A stretch of DNA of 64,000 nt from an uncultured delta proteobacterium (GCA_963785725.1 CAWAWS010000005.1:320165-384164); one strand, 5' to 3'. Counted from the first letter of the stretch, positions 9,029-20,489 are shown. The notes: a model not told the origin generated them from the sequence alone. Numbers and translations: made by a program.

Positions 9029-9745
9029 GTGCGCGCGTATGGGCTGTGGCTGGCGCTGTCGGCGGCGAGCTGCGGCGTGCCCGCGGTTCGCTGGAGCTAC
9101 GACACGGCGGCGACGACGACGGATGGTCCGGCACGCTGGGCCGCGCTGGCGCCCGCTTACGCGCGCTGCGGCGACGCGCACGGCCAGTCGCCCATCGCGC
9201 TGCACGGCGCGCCCGAGTCGCCAGCGCCGGCGCCGCGCTTCGACTATCGCCCGACCGACGTCAAACCGCGCCACGGCGCGCAGGGTCTACAGCTGCAGCT
9301 GCGCGACGGCGGCACGCTGCAGCTCGGCGACGACCGCTGGCAGCTGCAGCGCATCGACGTGCACCACCCGAGCGAGCACGCCATCGACAACAGCGGCGAC
9401 GCCGAGGCCGGCAGCGACGGCGCGCGCACGCCGCTCGAGCTCGAGCTGGTCCATCGTGGCGCGCGCGGCGTCGCGATCGTCTCCATCTTCGTCGTCGGTG
9501 GCGAGCCGAACGCGGCCTTGGCGCGGCTGGGCGCGCAGCTGGCACACGGCGGCACGCTCGACGCGGCCGCGCTCTTGCCCGACGAGCGCGCCTACGACGT
9601 CTACGACGGCTCGCTGACGACGCCGCCGTGCACCGAAGGCGTCCGCTGGATCGTGCTGCGCAATCCGATCTCCATGAGCGTCGCGGCGATCGATGAATTG
9701 ACGGCGAATTTCCCCGACAACGCCCGCCCGCTGCAGCCGCGCTAA
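9029..9745 (+). CDS. alpha-carbonic anhydrase family protein (atypical metal ligands)
   Basis: WSY, GP.RW, QSPI, PSEH, YDGSLTTPPCTEGVRWIV and NARPLQP. Lipobox-like AASC. Start codon uncertain. Confidence 0.85.
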   Translation: MRAYGLWLALSAASCGVPAVRWSYDTAATTTDGPARWAALAPAYARCGDAHGQSPIALHGAPESPAPAPRFDYRPTDVKPRHGAQGLQLQLRDGGTLQLGDDRWQLQRIDVHHPSEHAIDNSGDAEAGSDGARTPLELELVHRGARGVAIVSIFVVGGEPNAALARLGAQLAHGGTLDAAALLPDERAYDVYDGSLTTPPCTEGVRWIVLRNPISMSVAAIDELTANFPDNARPLQPR

Positions 9746-9815
9746 ACATTACTGACATAACGCTGACAGGAGCGGTTGCTAGGCTCTCTTCATCCACCGA
9801 CCATCCAATTGGGAG

Positions 9816-10274
9816 ATGACGATGAGCCAGAGCCAAAGCGAGCACGAGACCGAGAAGCAGTCCCAAAGTCGCGCCACGCCTCATGTTGGCGGCTGCCATT
9901 GCGGCGCCGTGCGCTTCGAGGTCGACCTCGATCTGACGGCGCCCGTCGGCCGCTGCAACTGCACGATCTGCCAAAAGCGCGGCGCGACCGGCGCCATCGT
10001 CAAGCCCGACGCCTTCCGCTTGCTCGCCGGCGACGACGCGGTCGGCACCTATTCGTGGGGCCGAAAATCGGGCAGCTACGCGTTCTGCAAGCGCTGCGGC
10101 ATCCACGTCTTCGGCAGCGGCAACGTCCCCGAGATCGGCGGCGCGTTCGCGTCGGTCAACGTCAACTGCCTCGACGGCGTCGACCCGGCCACGCTCGCCG
10201 TCATCTATTGGGATGGTCGCCACGACAACTGGCAAGCCGGACCGCGCAGCGCGCCGTGGCCCGTGCACGCCTGA
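9816..10274 (+). CDS. GFA/CENP-V family protein
   Basis: GGCHCGAVRF, CNCTIC, FCKRCG and VNVNCLD. Confidence 0.92.
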   Translation: MTMSQSQSEHETEKQSQSRATPHVGGCHCGAVRFEVDLDLTAPVGRCNCTICQKRGATGAIVKPDAFRLLAGDDAVGTYSWGRKSGSYAFCKRCGIHVFGSGNVPEIGGAFASVNVNCLDGVDPATLAVIYWDGRHDNWQAGPRSAPWPVHA

Positions 10275-10384
10275 GCTGCCGTCGCTGACGCCGGCGCCGC
10301 CGCGGAATCGGCCGCGGCGCGCCGTGGACCGTCGTCACCGTTTCCGCTATGCTCCCGGACGCTCGTCGTTTGGGGGGATCCTAT

Positions 10385-11002
10385 ATGCGGTGCGTTGGAT
10401 CGGCGTGTGTGCTGTTGATTTTGCTTTGTTTTCCGCTCGCAGCGCACGCCGGCGACAGCGCCGCAACCGAGGCCGAGCGCCACTGGACGAGCGGCATGGC
10501 GCACTATCAGCTCGAAGAGTGGGACGAGGCGATCCGCGAGTGGGAAGCGGGCTTTCGCATCAAGCCGGCGCCGCAGTTCTTGTTCAACTTGGCGCAGGCC
10601 TATCGACTGTCGAAGCACTACGACAAGGCGCTGTCGTTCTACCGCAAGTACTTGTACATGGAGCCGCACGCCGACAATCGCGCCGAGGTCGAGCGGCAGA
10701 TTCATGCGATGGAGCCGCTCGCGGCGGCGCAGCCGCATGAGCAGCCGACGCCGGCGCCGCCGGTCGTGACGCCGGCGCCGGTCGCCGCGCCAATCGCGGC
10801 GCCGCCGCAGCCCGCGCCGCCCGCGGCCGTCAGCGTGCCGGCGACGAACGAGCTCACGAAAGCGCCGCCACCGCCGAAGCATAAGACGTGGATTTGGGGT
10901 GTCGTCGCCGGCGCGGCGGTCGTCGTCGCGGCGGCGGTCGTCGTCGGCGTCGTCGTCGGCACGGCCGACTCGGCCAAGACGCTGCCGATGGTGCGTTTCT
11001 AG
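10385..11002 (+). CDS. TPR protein with signal peptide and C-terminal TM helix
   Basis: TPR helices (LFNLAQAYR, ALSFYRKYL), a Pro-rich linker and a WIWG-TM segment. Confidence 0.8.
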   Translation: MRCVGSACVLLILLCFPLAAHAGDSAATEAERHWTSGMAHYQLEEWDEAIREWEAGFRIKPAPQFLFNLAQAYRLSKHYDKALSFYRKYLYMEPHADNRAEVERQIHAMEPLAAAQPHEQPTPAPPVVTPAPVAAPIAAPPQPAPPAAVSVPATNELTKAPPPPKHKTWIWGVVAGAAVVVAAAVVVGVVVGTADSAKTLPMVRF

Positions 11003-12714
11003 TGCGCGCCAATCAGACTGGCCGGCTGCTCGTCGTCTTCGTCGGGCTCGTCGTGGCCGCGGGCGCGTCCGGCTGCAGCAGCGATCCCTGCGACGGCGTC
11101 TCCGGCACCTGCATCAGCGTCCGCGTCGAAGGCTCGGTCAGCGGCGTCGATCAGCTGCGCGTGTCGCTCGACGGTGTCGCGGCGCCGATGCCGACGCCAA
11201 CGCCGCCGAAGGCGATCTCACTGCCGGTGAAGCTGGCGATTGGACTGTCGGCGACGACCGCGAGCCCGGCCAAGCTCACGATCGCCGCGCTGACGACCGC
11301 CGGCGTCGTGGCCGAACAGGAGCAGCCGGTGCCGTTCACGCCCGGCCAACACGTCAAAGTCACGTTTCACCTGACCGCGGTCTCGGCGCTCGACGGCGGC
11401 GCGCCCGGCGCCGATCTGAGCGGCGGCGACCTGGCGGGCAGCGACGGTGGCGTGTTCGTGCCCACGCCCGGCGCCGTCAGCATCTATCCGTCGGTGGTGA
11501 CGTTCCCCGATACGCTGCGCCGCTCGTCGTCGACCGCGACGCTCACCATCTACAACCGCACCGGCGTCGACGTGAGCGGCATGGGCGGCACCAGCACCGG
11601 CGCGCAGATGGACTTCAACCCCACGACGGTCGCGCCGTCGACGTGCATGCTCACGCAATCGGGCCTCACGATCCCTGCCAACGTCGACTGCGTGCTGACG
11701 ATCCAGTTCACGCCGACCGCCAGCGGCGTTCGCACGCAAATGCTGTCGCTCACCTTCAACAGCACGATGATGATCAACCCCACGTTCACCGGCAAAGGGG
11801 TGGCGACGTGGGTGGCCGAGAACATCGGCGATCTCGTCAACAGCAGCGAGGCGATCACGAGCGTCTGGGCGTCCGGCCCCACCGACGTCTACGCCACCAG
11901 CAACAAGATGAACGAATCCATCTGGCACTCGCCCGGCGACGGCACATGGACGCCGGTGACGCCGAACGGCGCCGCCACGACGGTCGCCTTCGCCACCGTG
12001 ACCGGCAACAGCGCGCAGCAGGTTTGGGTCGGCGGCGGCCAGACCATCCTCATGTACAACGGCAACAGCTGGGTCAGCGAGACGCCACCCGCCGGCGAGA
12101 CCATCAAGCAGCTCTGGGCCAACGGCACGAGCCCCGTCATCGGCGCCACGTCGCACTTGGTCATCCTGCGCGACAGCTCGGCGAATTGGAGCACCGTCTA
12201 CACGCTGCCCGCGACCTACTCGTCCACCAACGCCGTCGCCAACGCGACCAGCAACGCCGGCAACTTCGTCGTCACCGGGACGCCGGGCTTCGTCGCCTAC
12301 GGCAACAACAACGGCAGCGACACGACGGTGCTCACGACCAACACGACGGCGCCGCTCAACGGCGCCTGGGAAGCGCCCAACGGCAACCTCTACATCGTCG
12401 GCAACTCGGCGTCCGAAGGCAACGCGCCGCCGGCGATCCTCAACTGCAACTTCACGACGTTCACGTGCGCGGCCGAGACGACGACGGCCAATCGCAGCCT
12501 CAACGGCATCTCCGGCCGGCTCGTCAGCGGCACGACGCTCGACATGTACGCCATCGGCGTGCTCGGCACCGAGGTCCTGCACTCCGACGGCAGCGGCACC
12601 TGGGCGGAGGTGCCGGTCCCGCAGCACGGCGGCATGAACGCCGTCTTCGTGCTCCCGTCGGGCGAGGTCTACGTCGTCGGCCAAGCCGGCCAGATCAACC
12701 ACTACCTGAACTAG
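11002..12714 (+). CDS. secreted lipoprotein with Ig-like and beta-propeller-like regions
   Basis: GTG overlaps the upstream TAG. ASGC lipobox, CVLTIQFTP Ig-like motif and repeated VWASG/YVVG blades. Confidence 0.75.
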   Translation: MRANQTGRLLVVFVGLVVAAGASGCSSDPCDGVSGTCISVRVEGSVSGVDQLRVSLDGVAAPMPTPTPPKAISLPVKLAIGLSATTASPAKLTIAALTTAGVVAEQEQPVPFTPGQHVKVTFHLTAVSALDGGAPGADLSGGDLAGSDGGVFVPTPGAVSIYPSVVTFPDTLRRSSSTATLTIYNRTGVDVSGMGGTSTGAQMDFNPTTVAPSTCMLTQSGLTIPANVDCVLTIQFTPTASGVRTQMLSLTFNSTMMINPTFTGKGVATWVAENIGDLVNSSEAITSVWASGPTDVYATSNKMNESIWHSPGDGTWTPVTPNGAATTVAFATVTGNSAQQVWVGGGQTILMYNGNSWVSETPPAGETIKQLWANGTSPVIGATSHLVILRDSSANWSTVYTLPATYSSTNAVANATSNAGNFVVTGTPGFVAYGNNNGSDTTVLTTNTTAPLNGAWEAPNGNLYIVGNSASEGNAPPAILNCNFTTFTCAAETTTANRSLNGISGRLVSGTTLDMYAIGVLGTEVLHSDGSGTWAEVPVPQHGGMNAVFVLPSGEVYVVGQAGQINHYLN

Positions 12715-12790
12715 ACCTAGTACTAGCCGCGCCCGCTTCATCGCGCGGAAACACGCAAAAAACGCACGCCAAGAGTCAGCGGCACAAAAT

Positions 12791-12818
12791 AAAAAAGGCC
12801 CGATTTCTCGGGCCTTTT
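12791..12818. terminator. intrinsic (probably bidirectional) terminator
   Basis: AAAAAAGGCCCGA-TTTC-TCGGGCCTTTT hairpin between convergent units, just after tRNA-Pro. Confidence 0.85.
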
Positions 12819-12825
12819 CCATCGT

Positions 12826-12907
<82 letters not shown>

Positions 12908-12929
12908 ATTTAGAACCGAAAGCTGTCTA

Positions 12930-13274
12930 TCACGACTTTTCGTCTTCGTCGATCATCTTCTCGAGCTCATCCAGCTTCTCGCGCACCGACTCGGCGAGAC
13001 GCAACGCCGCCAACGGCGACTCCTCGCCCGCGAGCTCGCGCAACCGACGCTTGGCGCCGTCGATGCGGAAGCCCTCGTCGTACAGGAGCGCCTTCACCTG
13101 CAAGACCGCCTCGACGTCGCGCCGCCGATAAAGCCGCTGATTCGAACGCGTCTTCTCGGGCCGGATGGCCTTGAACTCGGTCTCCCAATAACGCAGCACG
13201 TACGGCTCGACACCGGCGATCTCCGCTACCTCGCCGATCTTGAAGTACTGCTTGTCGGGAATGTCCGTCGGCAA
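12930..13274 (-). CDS. MerR family transcriptional regulator
   Basis: [16 protein letters not shown] and RLY; conserved position after ihfA. Confidence 0.92.
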   Translation of the reverse strand: MPTDIPDKQYFKIGEVAEIAGVEPYVLRYWETEFKAIRPEKTRSNQRLYRRRDVEAVLQVKALLYDEGFRIDGAKRRLRELAGEESPLAALRLAESVREKLDELEKMIDEDEKS

Positions 13275-13285
13275 TGCCTGCGACG

Positions 13286-13582
13286 TCAGGTGTTCAGGGC
13301 GTTCTTCAGGACCTGGCTAGGCTTGAACGTGAGCACGCGACGAGCGCTAATCGTAATCTCTTCGCCGGTCTGGGGATTGCGACCGACACGCGCGTTCTTG
13401 TCGCGCACCACGAAGTTGCCGAAGCCCGAGATCTTGATCTTCTCGCCCCGCTCCAGCGTCTCCTTGATCGTATCGAACACGGTCTCGACGATTTCGGCCG
13501 CTTCCTTCTTCGAGAAGCCGCCTACCTTTTCGTAGACGTTCTCGATGATGTCGGCCTTGGTCATCGTGCGGCGTTCTTGCAT
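13286..13582 (-). CDS. ihfA: integration host factor subunit alpha
   Basis: [24 protein letters not shown] and RRVLTFKPS. Follows pheT. Confidence 0.95.
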   Translation of the reverse strand: MQERRTMTKADIIENVYEKVGGFSKKEAAEIVETVFDTIKETLERGEKIKISGFGNFVVRDKNARVGRNPQTGEEITISARRVLTFKPSQVLKNALNT

Positions 13583-13657
13583 GGTCCCCTCACCCATTAC
13601 AATGCTAAGCGCCTCCAAATTAAGCGGAACATCGCGCCAAGTCAACAGAATTGCCGG

Positions 13658-16033
13658 TTATCGGCGGTCGAAGGAGAGCGCCGCGGCGAGCTGCGTAACC
13701 AGACCGTCGTGCAGCGTTTGCACTTCGGCGTCGGTGAGCGTGCGGTCTGGTGCGCGATAAGTAAACGACCAGAGCATGCCCTTTTTACCGGCAGGCACCT
13801 TACCAGGCTCGCGATAGTCCTCGAGCACGCGCACGTCGACGAGCAGCGGATTGCGCGCGCGCTCGATCGCTTCGCGAATGCGCGCCGCCGTCACGCCTTC
13901 GTCGATGAAGAACGACAAATCGCGCGATACCGGCGGGAAACGCGGCAATTCACGCGCGTTGACGGCGTTCGCAGTCGGCAGCGCCGCCAGATCGATCGTG
14001 AACACGAGCGGCTGCGCTTCGACGGCGAGCGTCCGCGCCGCGCGCGGATGCAAACGACCGACGTGACCGACGATCGCGCCGCCGACGTGCAGCGCCGCTT
14101 GCTGCCCGGGATGCAGCCACGCCTCGTGCGACGGCTGATATTCCGCCGTGTGACCGAGCGCCGCCATCAGCTCTTCGCACGCGCCCTTGCCGTCGAAGAA
14201 GTCGACGACCGCGCCGGCTTTGAGCCAGCCATCGCCGCGGCCGTGCAAGAGGCCGGCGACGTGCCAGCGCTCGTCGGGCAGCTCCTGCCCGTCGCGCGCC
14301 GTGAACGTGGCGCCGACCTCGAAGATGCGCACGTCGTGGTTGCCGCGCGTGAGATTCCGCTGCAGCGTCGCGCACAATCCAGGCACCAGCGTCGTGCGCA
14401 TGACCGCTTGATCTTCGCGCAGCGGATTGACGATGCGTACCGGCCGCGCGTCAGGATCGATCGCCGCCAGCTGCGCCGGACCGATGAAACCGTAGGTGAT
14501 CACCTCGTCGAGGCCGAGGCCGCGCAACGCGTCGCGCGCCGTGTCGTTGACGAGCTCGGCTGCGCCGCGCATCGGCCCCGGCGGCTCGCGCAAGATCGGC
14601 AGCGTCGCGGCAATGCGCTCGTAGCCGTGCAGTCGCGCGATCTCCTCGATGAGATCGATGTCGCGGGTCAGATCGGGCCGCCACGTCGGAATCGTCGCGC
14701 GCAGCTTGTCGCCGTCGACCTTCGTCGCGATGCCGATGCTGCCGAGAATGCGCGCCTGCTCCGCCGCCGGCAGCGTGATGCCCAAGATCTCGGCCGTGCG
14801 CGCCACCCGCAGCGTCAACTGCGTCGGCTTCTGCGGCTGCGGATAGGCGTCGGCGAGCGTGCCCGTCATCTTGCCGCCCGCGAGCTCGACGATGAGCTGC
14901 GCCAACCGCAGCGCGATCTCGGCCGGCGCGCTCGGATCGGTGCCGCGCTCGAAGCGATGCGCCGCTTCGGTGTGCAGCCCGAGCCGCTTGGCCGTGCGCC
15001 GCACGCGCGCCGGCGCGAAGTGCGCGCTCTCCAGCAACAGCCGCGTCGTCTTGGCCGAGACCTCGCTGCCGGCGCCGCCCATGACGCCGGCGATGGCGAC
15101 CGGGCCGTTGTCGTCGGCGATGACGAGATCGCCGGCGAGCACGCGCGTCTGTTCGTCGAGCGTCACGATCGTTTCGCCGCCGAGCGCCGCGCGCACGCTG
15201 ACGCCGCCGCCGGCCAAGCGATCGAGATCGAACGCGTGCAGCGGCTGGCTCCACATCAGCATCGTCACGTTCGTGGCGTCGACGACGTTGCTGATCGGCC
15301 GCACGCCGAGCGCCGCCAAGCGCACCCGCACGCCTAATGGGCTCGGCGCGATCTTCACGCCTTCGACGACGAGCGCCGCATAACGCGGACAGCCCTCGGC
15401 ATCGACGAGCTCGACCTTCGCGGGCGCGCCCGTCAGCTTCGGCTTCGGCCCCGGCGGCAGCTTCAGCGGCAAACCGAGCAGCGCCGCCGCTTCGCGCGCA
15501 ATGCCCACGTGCCCCAGGCCATCGGGCCGATTGGGCGTGACGTTCACTTCCCAGATCTCGTCGGGCAGCCCGAGCTTGCGCGCGAAATCATCGCCCGGCT
15601 GAAGGCCGTCGCGCTCGTCGAGAATGAGGATGCCTTCGTGCGACGAGCCGAGGCCCAGCTCATCCTCGGCGCACAACATGCCCGGCGACAGGATGCCGCG
15701 CACCGGCTTTTCGCCGAGCGTGATGCCGCCCGGCAACGTCGCGCCCGGTCGCGCCCACAACACGAGACCGCCCGGCGCCGGCACGTTGCTGGCGCCGCAC
15801 ACGACCTGCGTCGCCGGCTTGCCGTCGCCGACTTCGACGTCGACGAGCGTCAGCTTGTTCGCTTCCGGATGCGGCCGCTTGGCGACGACGCGCGCGACGA
15901 TGACGCCCGAAACCGGCGCGAACGGAGCCCGCGCTTCGATCTCGAATCCGGCCATCGTCAGCTTGTTCGCGAGCGTATCGGCATCGATCGCGCCGTCGAC
16001 GAGCTCACGCAGCCACGAGAGCGACACCTTCAT
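13658..16033 (-). CDS. pheT: phenylalanine-tRNA ligase beta subunit
   Basis: MKVSLSWL, VTPNRPD, RFERGTD, DLIEEIARLHGY and C-terminal DRTLTD. Confidence 0.97.
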   Translation of the reverse strand: MKVSLSWLRELVDGAIDADTLANKLTMAGFEIEARAPFAPVSGVIVARVVAKRPHPEANKLTLVDVEVGDGKPATQVVCGASNVPAPGGLVLWARPGATLPGGITLGEKPVRGILSPGMLCAEDELGLGSSHEGILILDERDGLQPGDDFARKLGLPDEIWEVNVTPNRPDGLGHVGIAREAAALLGLPLKLPPGPKPKLTGAPAKVELVDAEGCPRYAALVVEGVKIAPSPLGVRVRLAALGVRPISNVVDATNVTMLMWSQPLHAFDLDRLAGGGVSVRAALGGETIVTLDEQTRVLAGDLVIADDNGPVAIAGVMGGAGSEVSAKTTRLLLESAHFAPARVRRTAKRLGLHTEAAHRFERGTDPSAPAEIALRLAQLIVELAGGKMTGTLADAYPQPQKPTQLTLRVARTAEILGITLPAAEQARILGSIGIATKVDGDKLRATIPTWRPDLTRDIDLIEEIARLHGYERIAATLPILREPPGPMRGAAELVNDTARDALRGLGLDEVITYGFIGPAQLAAIDPDARPVRIVNPLREDQAVMRTTLVPGLCATLQRNLTRGNHDVRIFEVGATFTARDGQELPDERWHVAGLLHGRGDGWLKAGAVVDFFDGKGACEELMAALGHTAEYQPSHEAWLHPGQQAALHVGGAIVGHVGRLHPRAARTLAVEAQPLVFTIDLAALPTANAVNARELPRFPPVSRDLSFFIDEGVTAARIREAIERARNPLLVDVRVLEDYREPGKVPAGKKGMLWSFTYRAPDRTLTDAEVQTLHDGLVTQLAAALSFDRR

Positions 16034-16052
16034 CGGAGCACCGTCATCGGGT

Positions 16053-17087
16053 TCATCGGAATTGGCGCGCGAAACGCACGTCTCCCTCGAACAGCTGCTT
16101 GATGTCGTCGACGCCGTACTTGAGCATGGCCATGCGATCGATGCCCCAGCCGAAGGCGAAGCCGCTGTATTTGCCGCTGTCGTAGCCGACGTGCGCGAAC
16201 ACGGCCGGATCGACCATGCCGGCGCCGCCGATCTCGATCCAGCCGGTCATTTTGCAGGTGCGGCAGCCTTTGCCTTTGCACGTCGGGTGCGTGAAGTCGA
16301 TCTCCGCCGACGGCTCGGTGAACGGGAAGAACGACGGCCGCAAGCGCACGCCGAAGCTCTCGCCGAAGTAGCGCCGCGCAAAGTGCAAGAGCACGCCCTT
16401 CAAGTCGGCGAACGTCACGCCTTGGTCGACGCACAACCCTTCGACCTGGTTGAACATCGGCGAATGCGTCGGATCGTCGTCGCGGCGATAGACCGTGCCC
16501 GGCGCGATGATGCGCACCGGCGGCGGGTGCGCCAGCATCGTGCGAATCTGCACCGGCGACGTATGCGTGCGCAGCACGACGTCTTTGACGCCGTCGATGT
16601 AGAAGGTGTCCTGCATATCGCGCGCAGGATGATCCTTCGGCATCGCCAAGGCTTCGAAGTTGTGGAAATCGGTCTCGACTTGCGGCCCGACCGCGACCGT
16701 AAAGCCAATCTGCGCGAAGATCGCCTCGATCTCGCGCCGCGCCAGCGTGATCGGATGCAAGCGGCCCAGCCGATGCGCGCGTCCGGGCAAGGTCACGTCG
16801 ACGGCGACCGACAGCTCGCGCGCCTCGGCCTCGTCCGCCAGCGCCGCCAGCCGCTTGCCGAACGCCGCTTCGCACGACTGCAGGATCTCGTTCGTCGCCT
16901 GCCCGATCGATCGCTTCTGATCGTTGGGCGCGCTCTTGAGCAGCTCTTTTTGCTTCAGTCGAATCTGTCCCGAGGCGCCGCCGAAATCGGCAAATACCTT
17001 GCGTACCGCCTGTTCATTGGCGGCCGCCTCGAGCTGTTTGGTGAACTGCTGGTAAAGAGCGGAGAGCTCGTCAGACAGGGAGGCCAT
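16053..17087 (-). CDS. pheS: phenylalanine-tRNA ligase alpha subunit
   Basis: HPARDMQDTFY, LRTHTS, FPFTEPS and GFAFGWGIDR. Confidence 0.97.
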   Translation of the reverse strand: MASLSDELSALYQQFTKQLEAAANEQAVRKVFADFGGASGQIRLKQKELLKSAPNDQKRSIGQATNEILQSCEAAFGKRLAALADEAEARELSVAVDVTLPGRAHRLGRLHPITLARREIEAIFAQIGFTVAVGPQVETDFHNFEALAMPKDHPARDMQDTFYIDGVKDVVLRTHTSPVQIRTMLAHPPPVRIIAPGTVYRRDDDPTHSPMFNQVEGLCVDQGVTFADLKGVLLHFARRYFGESFGVRLRPSFFPFTEPSAEIDFTHPTCKGKGCRTCKMTGWIEIGGAGMVDPAVFAHVGYDSGKYSGFAFGWGIDRMAMLKYGVDDIKQLFEGDVRFARQFR

Positions 17088-17105
17088 GGAAGTCGCCCTC
17101 CATAG

Positions 17106-17456
17106 CTACGCGGCGGTGGCTTGCGCGACGATCTTGTTGAAAGCGGCCGGATCGCTGATGGCCAGGTCGGCCAGGATCTTACGGTCGATCTCGATGTTGT
17201 GGCGCTTCAAGCCGCCCATGAGCTTCGAGTAGCTGACGCCCTGAATACGCGCAGCCGCGTTGATGCGGATGATCCACAGCGCGCGGAAGTCCCGCTTGCG
17301 CTTGCGACGGTGCCACGTGGCGAACCGCCACGCGTGGCGAACCGTGTCGACCATCGCCTTCCAGAGCTTGGAGCGTCCGCCGCGATAGCCCTTGGCGTGC
17401 TGGCGAATGCGATTGCGCCGACGGCGCGCCTTGAATCCTCGTTTTGCTCGAGCCAT
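17106..17456 (-). CDS. rplT: 50S ribosomal protein L20
   Basis: AKGYRG, RKRDFRALWI.RINAA and DRKILADLA. Confidence 0.97.
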   Translation of the reverse strand: MARAKRGFKARRRRNRIRQHAKGYRGGRSKLWKAMVDTVRHAWRFATWHRRKRKRDFRALWIIRINAAARIQGVSYSKLMGGLKRHNIEIDRKILADLAISDPAAFNKIVAQATAA

Positions 17457-17573
17457 TTCTCAATTACTCCTGTGGTCGGCCGTCGGGACCGTCGGCAGCG
17501 ACGGATTTTTTGCCCTGAGCCAGGCCCACGAAAGACGTACTTGCTAACACAACACTAAGTGTCGAGCAAGCCC

Positions 17574-17774
17574 CTAGAACTTGTACGGAAGGAGGCGCTT
17601 GACCTGGGCTTCCTGCGCTTCGTTCACCAGCTTCGAGCCACGCAGACGACGCTTGCGCTTGGTGGACTCGTGCGACAAGAGGTGGCTCTTGTGCGCCTGC
17701 TTGTGCTTGACGTGCCCTTTGGCCGTCACTTTGAAGCGCTTCTTGGCGCCCGAATGGGTCTTCATCTTCGGCAT
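17574..17774 (-). CDS. rpmI: 50S ribosomal protein L35
   Basis: [17 protein letters not shown]. Confidence 0.97.
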   Translation of the reverse strand: MPKMKTHSGAKKRFKVTAKGHVKHKQAHKSHLLSHESTKRKRRLRGSKLVNEAQEAQVKRLLPYKF

Positions 17775-17807
17775 CGGAATTTCCTTTGGCGGCTTTCTAT
17801 CTCGTAG

Positions 17808-17841
17808 AGCGGATTACTTCAAGCGGATTACTTCAAGCGGA

Positions 17842-17848
<7 letters not shown>
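17808..17848. repeat. 14-bp tandem repeat x3 spanning the infC stop
   Basis: AGCGGATTACTTCA occurs three times in tandem (the last copy lacks the final A). Confidence 0.9.
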
Positions 17849-18708
<860 letters not shown>

Positions 18709-18742
18709 GGGCTTCTCCTCTAATTACGTTGAGCAGCCAAAT

Positions 18743-20461
18743 CTATAGCGGAAGCTTGGCTTCGTCCACCAAGCGATCGCATAGCGCGTCGAGCGACATC
18801 GGCGGCAGCTGCGTACCGTCGCGCAAACGCGGCGCCACCGTGCCCGCCGCCACTTCTTTGTCACCTACGACCAACATGTACGGAATCTTCTCGAGCTGCG
18901 CGCGGCGAATCTTGGCGCCCAGCTTGTCTTTAGACACATCGAGGTCGATGCGAAGCCCACGCGCCTTCATCTTCGCCTGAACTTCGCGGGCGAAGGGCTC
19001 TTGCGTGTCCGAAACGACGACGGCGCGCGCCTGAATCGGCGCCAGCCACAACGGGAAACCGCCCGCGTAGTGCTCGATCAGCATGGCGATGAAGCGCTCG
19101 AAGCTGCCGAAGATCGCGCGGTGGATGACGACCGGACGATGACGCGCGTTATCGGCGCCGACATAGGTCAGATCGAAGCGCTCGGGCGCGTTCCAGTCGA
19201 GCTGGATGGTCGCGCACTGCCACTTGCGACCGAGGGCATCGGTCACATCGATGTCGATCTTCGGGCCGTAGAAAGCCGCCTCGTTGGGCACGGTGTCGAA
19301 GACGATCTGGTTCTTCGTCAGCGCCGATGCAAGGGAGGCTTCCGCCTTATCCCAGTCTTCGAGCGCGCCCATCATCTTCTCGGGGTTGCGCGTCGAGAGC
19401 TGGAACGTCGTCTCCATACCGAAGACGCCGTAGACCTTACGCACGAGCGCGAGCAGCGCCGTCACTTCGTCCTCGACCTGATCGAGGCGAAGGTAGATGT
19501 GCGCGTCGTCCTGCTGGAACTGGCGCATGCGGGTCAGGCCGCTCAGCGTACCCGAGGCCTCGTTGCGATGCAGGATGTCCTGCGAATGGATGCGCAGCGG
19601 CAGATCGCGGTAGCTGTGCAGCTCCATGCTGTACAAGAGGTGATGGCTCGGGCAGTTCATCGGCTTGAGGCCGAAGCTCTGCTCCTCCGCCGTCACCTTG
19701 AACATGTTGTCCGCGTAGTGCTCCCAGTGCCCCGACTGCTCCCACAGCTTCTGGCTGTAGATGAGCGGCGTCTTGACCTCGACATAGCCCGCGTCGTCGA
19801 GCAGGAGGCGCCGCATGAAGCCCTGCAGCGTCGTGTAGAGCACGGTGCCCTTGGGCAGCCAGAACGGCACGCCCGGCGCGAACGGATGGAACGCGAACAG
19901 CCCCAGCTCTTTGCCGAGCTTGCGGTGGTCGCGCTTCTCCGCTTCCTCGCGCTGCTTGACGAACTCGGCGAGCAGCTTCTTGTCGGGGAAGGCGGTGCCG
20001 TAGATGCGCTGGAGCATCTTGTTCTTCGAGTCGCCGCGCCAATACGCGCCCGCGACCGAGAGCAGCTTGAACGCCTTGATGTCGCCGGTCGCCTTGCAGT
20101 GACCGCCGCGACAGAGATCGGTGAAGCCGCCGTGCGAGTGGAGCGTGATGCGCTCGCCTTCGGGGATGCCGCGCGCGAGCTCGACTTTGTACGGCTCGTT
20201 GCGCTGCTCGAAGTAGGCGATGGCTTCGTCGCGCGTAATTTCCCGCTCTTCGAACGGGAGATTGGCGGCGACGATCTCGCCCATCAGCTTCTCGAGCTTG
20301 CCGAGGTCTTCGTCGGTGAAGTGGTGGTCGATGTCGAAATCGTAGTAGAAGCCGGTGTCGATGGGCGGACCGATGGTCAGCTTGGCGTCCGGCCAAATCC
20401 GTTTCACCGCGTCGGCCATGACGTGGGCCGCCGAGTGACGAAGTTTTTCGAGATCGTTCAC
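18743..20461 (-). CDS. thrS: threonine-tRNA ligase (short form, no N-terminal TGS domain)
   Basis: LRHSAAH, DLCRG, RDHRKLG, KPMNCP and AAFYGPKID. 572 aa starting directly at the editing domain. Confidence 0.96.
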   Translation of the reverse strand: MNDLEKLRHSAAHVMADAVKRIWPDAKLTIGPPIDTGFYYDFDIDHHFTDEDLGKLEKLMGEIVAANLPFEEREITRDEAIAYFEQRNEPYKVELARGIPEGERITLHSHGGFTDLCRGGHCKATGDIKAFKLLSVAGAYWRGDSKNKMLQRIYGTAFPDKKLLAEFVKQREEAEKRDHRKLGKELGLFAFHPFAPGVPFWLPKGTVLYTTLQGFMRRLLLDDAGYVEVKTPLIYSQKLWEQSGHWEHYADNMFKVTAEEQSFGLKPMNCPSHHLLYSMELHSYRDLPLRIHSQDILHRNEASGTLSGLTRMRQFQQDDAHIYLRLDQVEDEVTALLALVRKVYGVFGMETTFQLSTRNPEKMMGALEDWDKAEASLASALTKNQIVFDTVPNEAAFYGPKIDIDVTDALGRKWQCATIQLDWNAPERFDLTYVGADNARHRPVVIHRAIFGSFERFIAMLIEHYAGGFPLWLAPIQARAVVVSDTQEPFAREVQAKMKARGLRIDLDVSKDKLGAKIRRAQLEKIPYMLVVGDKEVAAGTVAPRLRDGTQLPPMSLDALCDRLVDEAKLPL

Positions 20462-20489
20462 GAGAAGACGTGCGTGGAGGGGATGCTAG

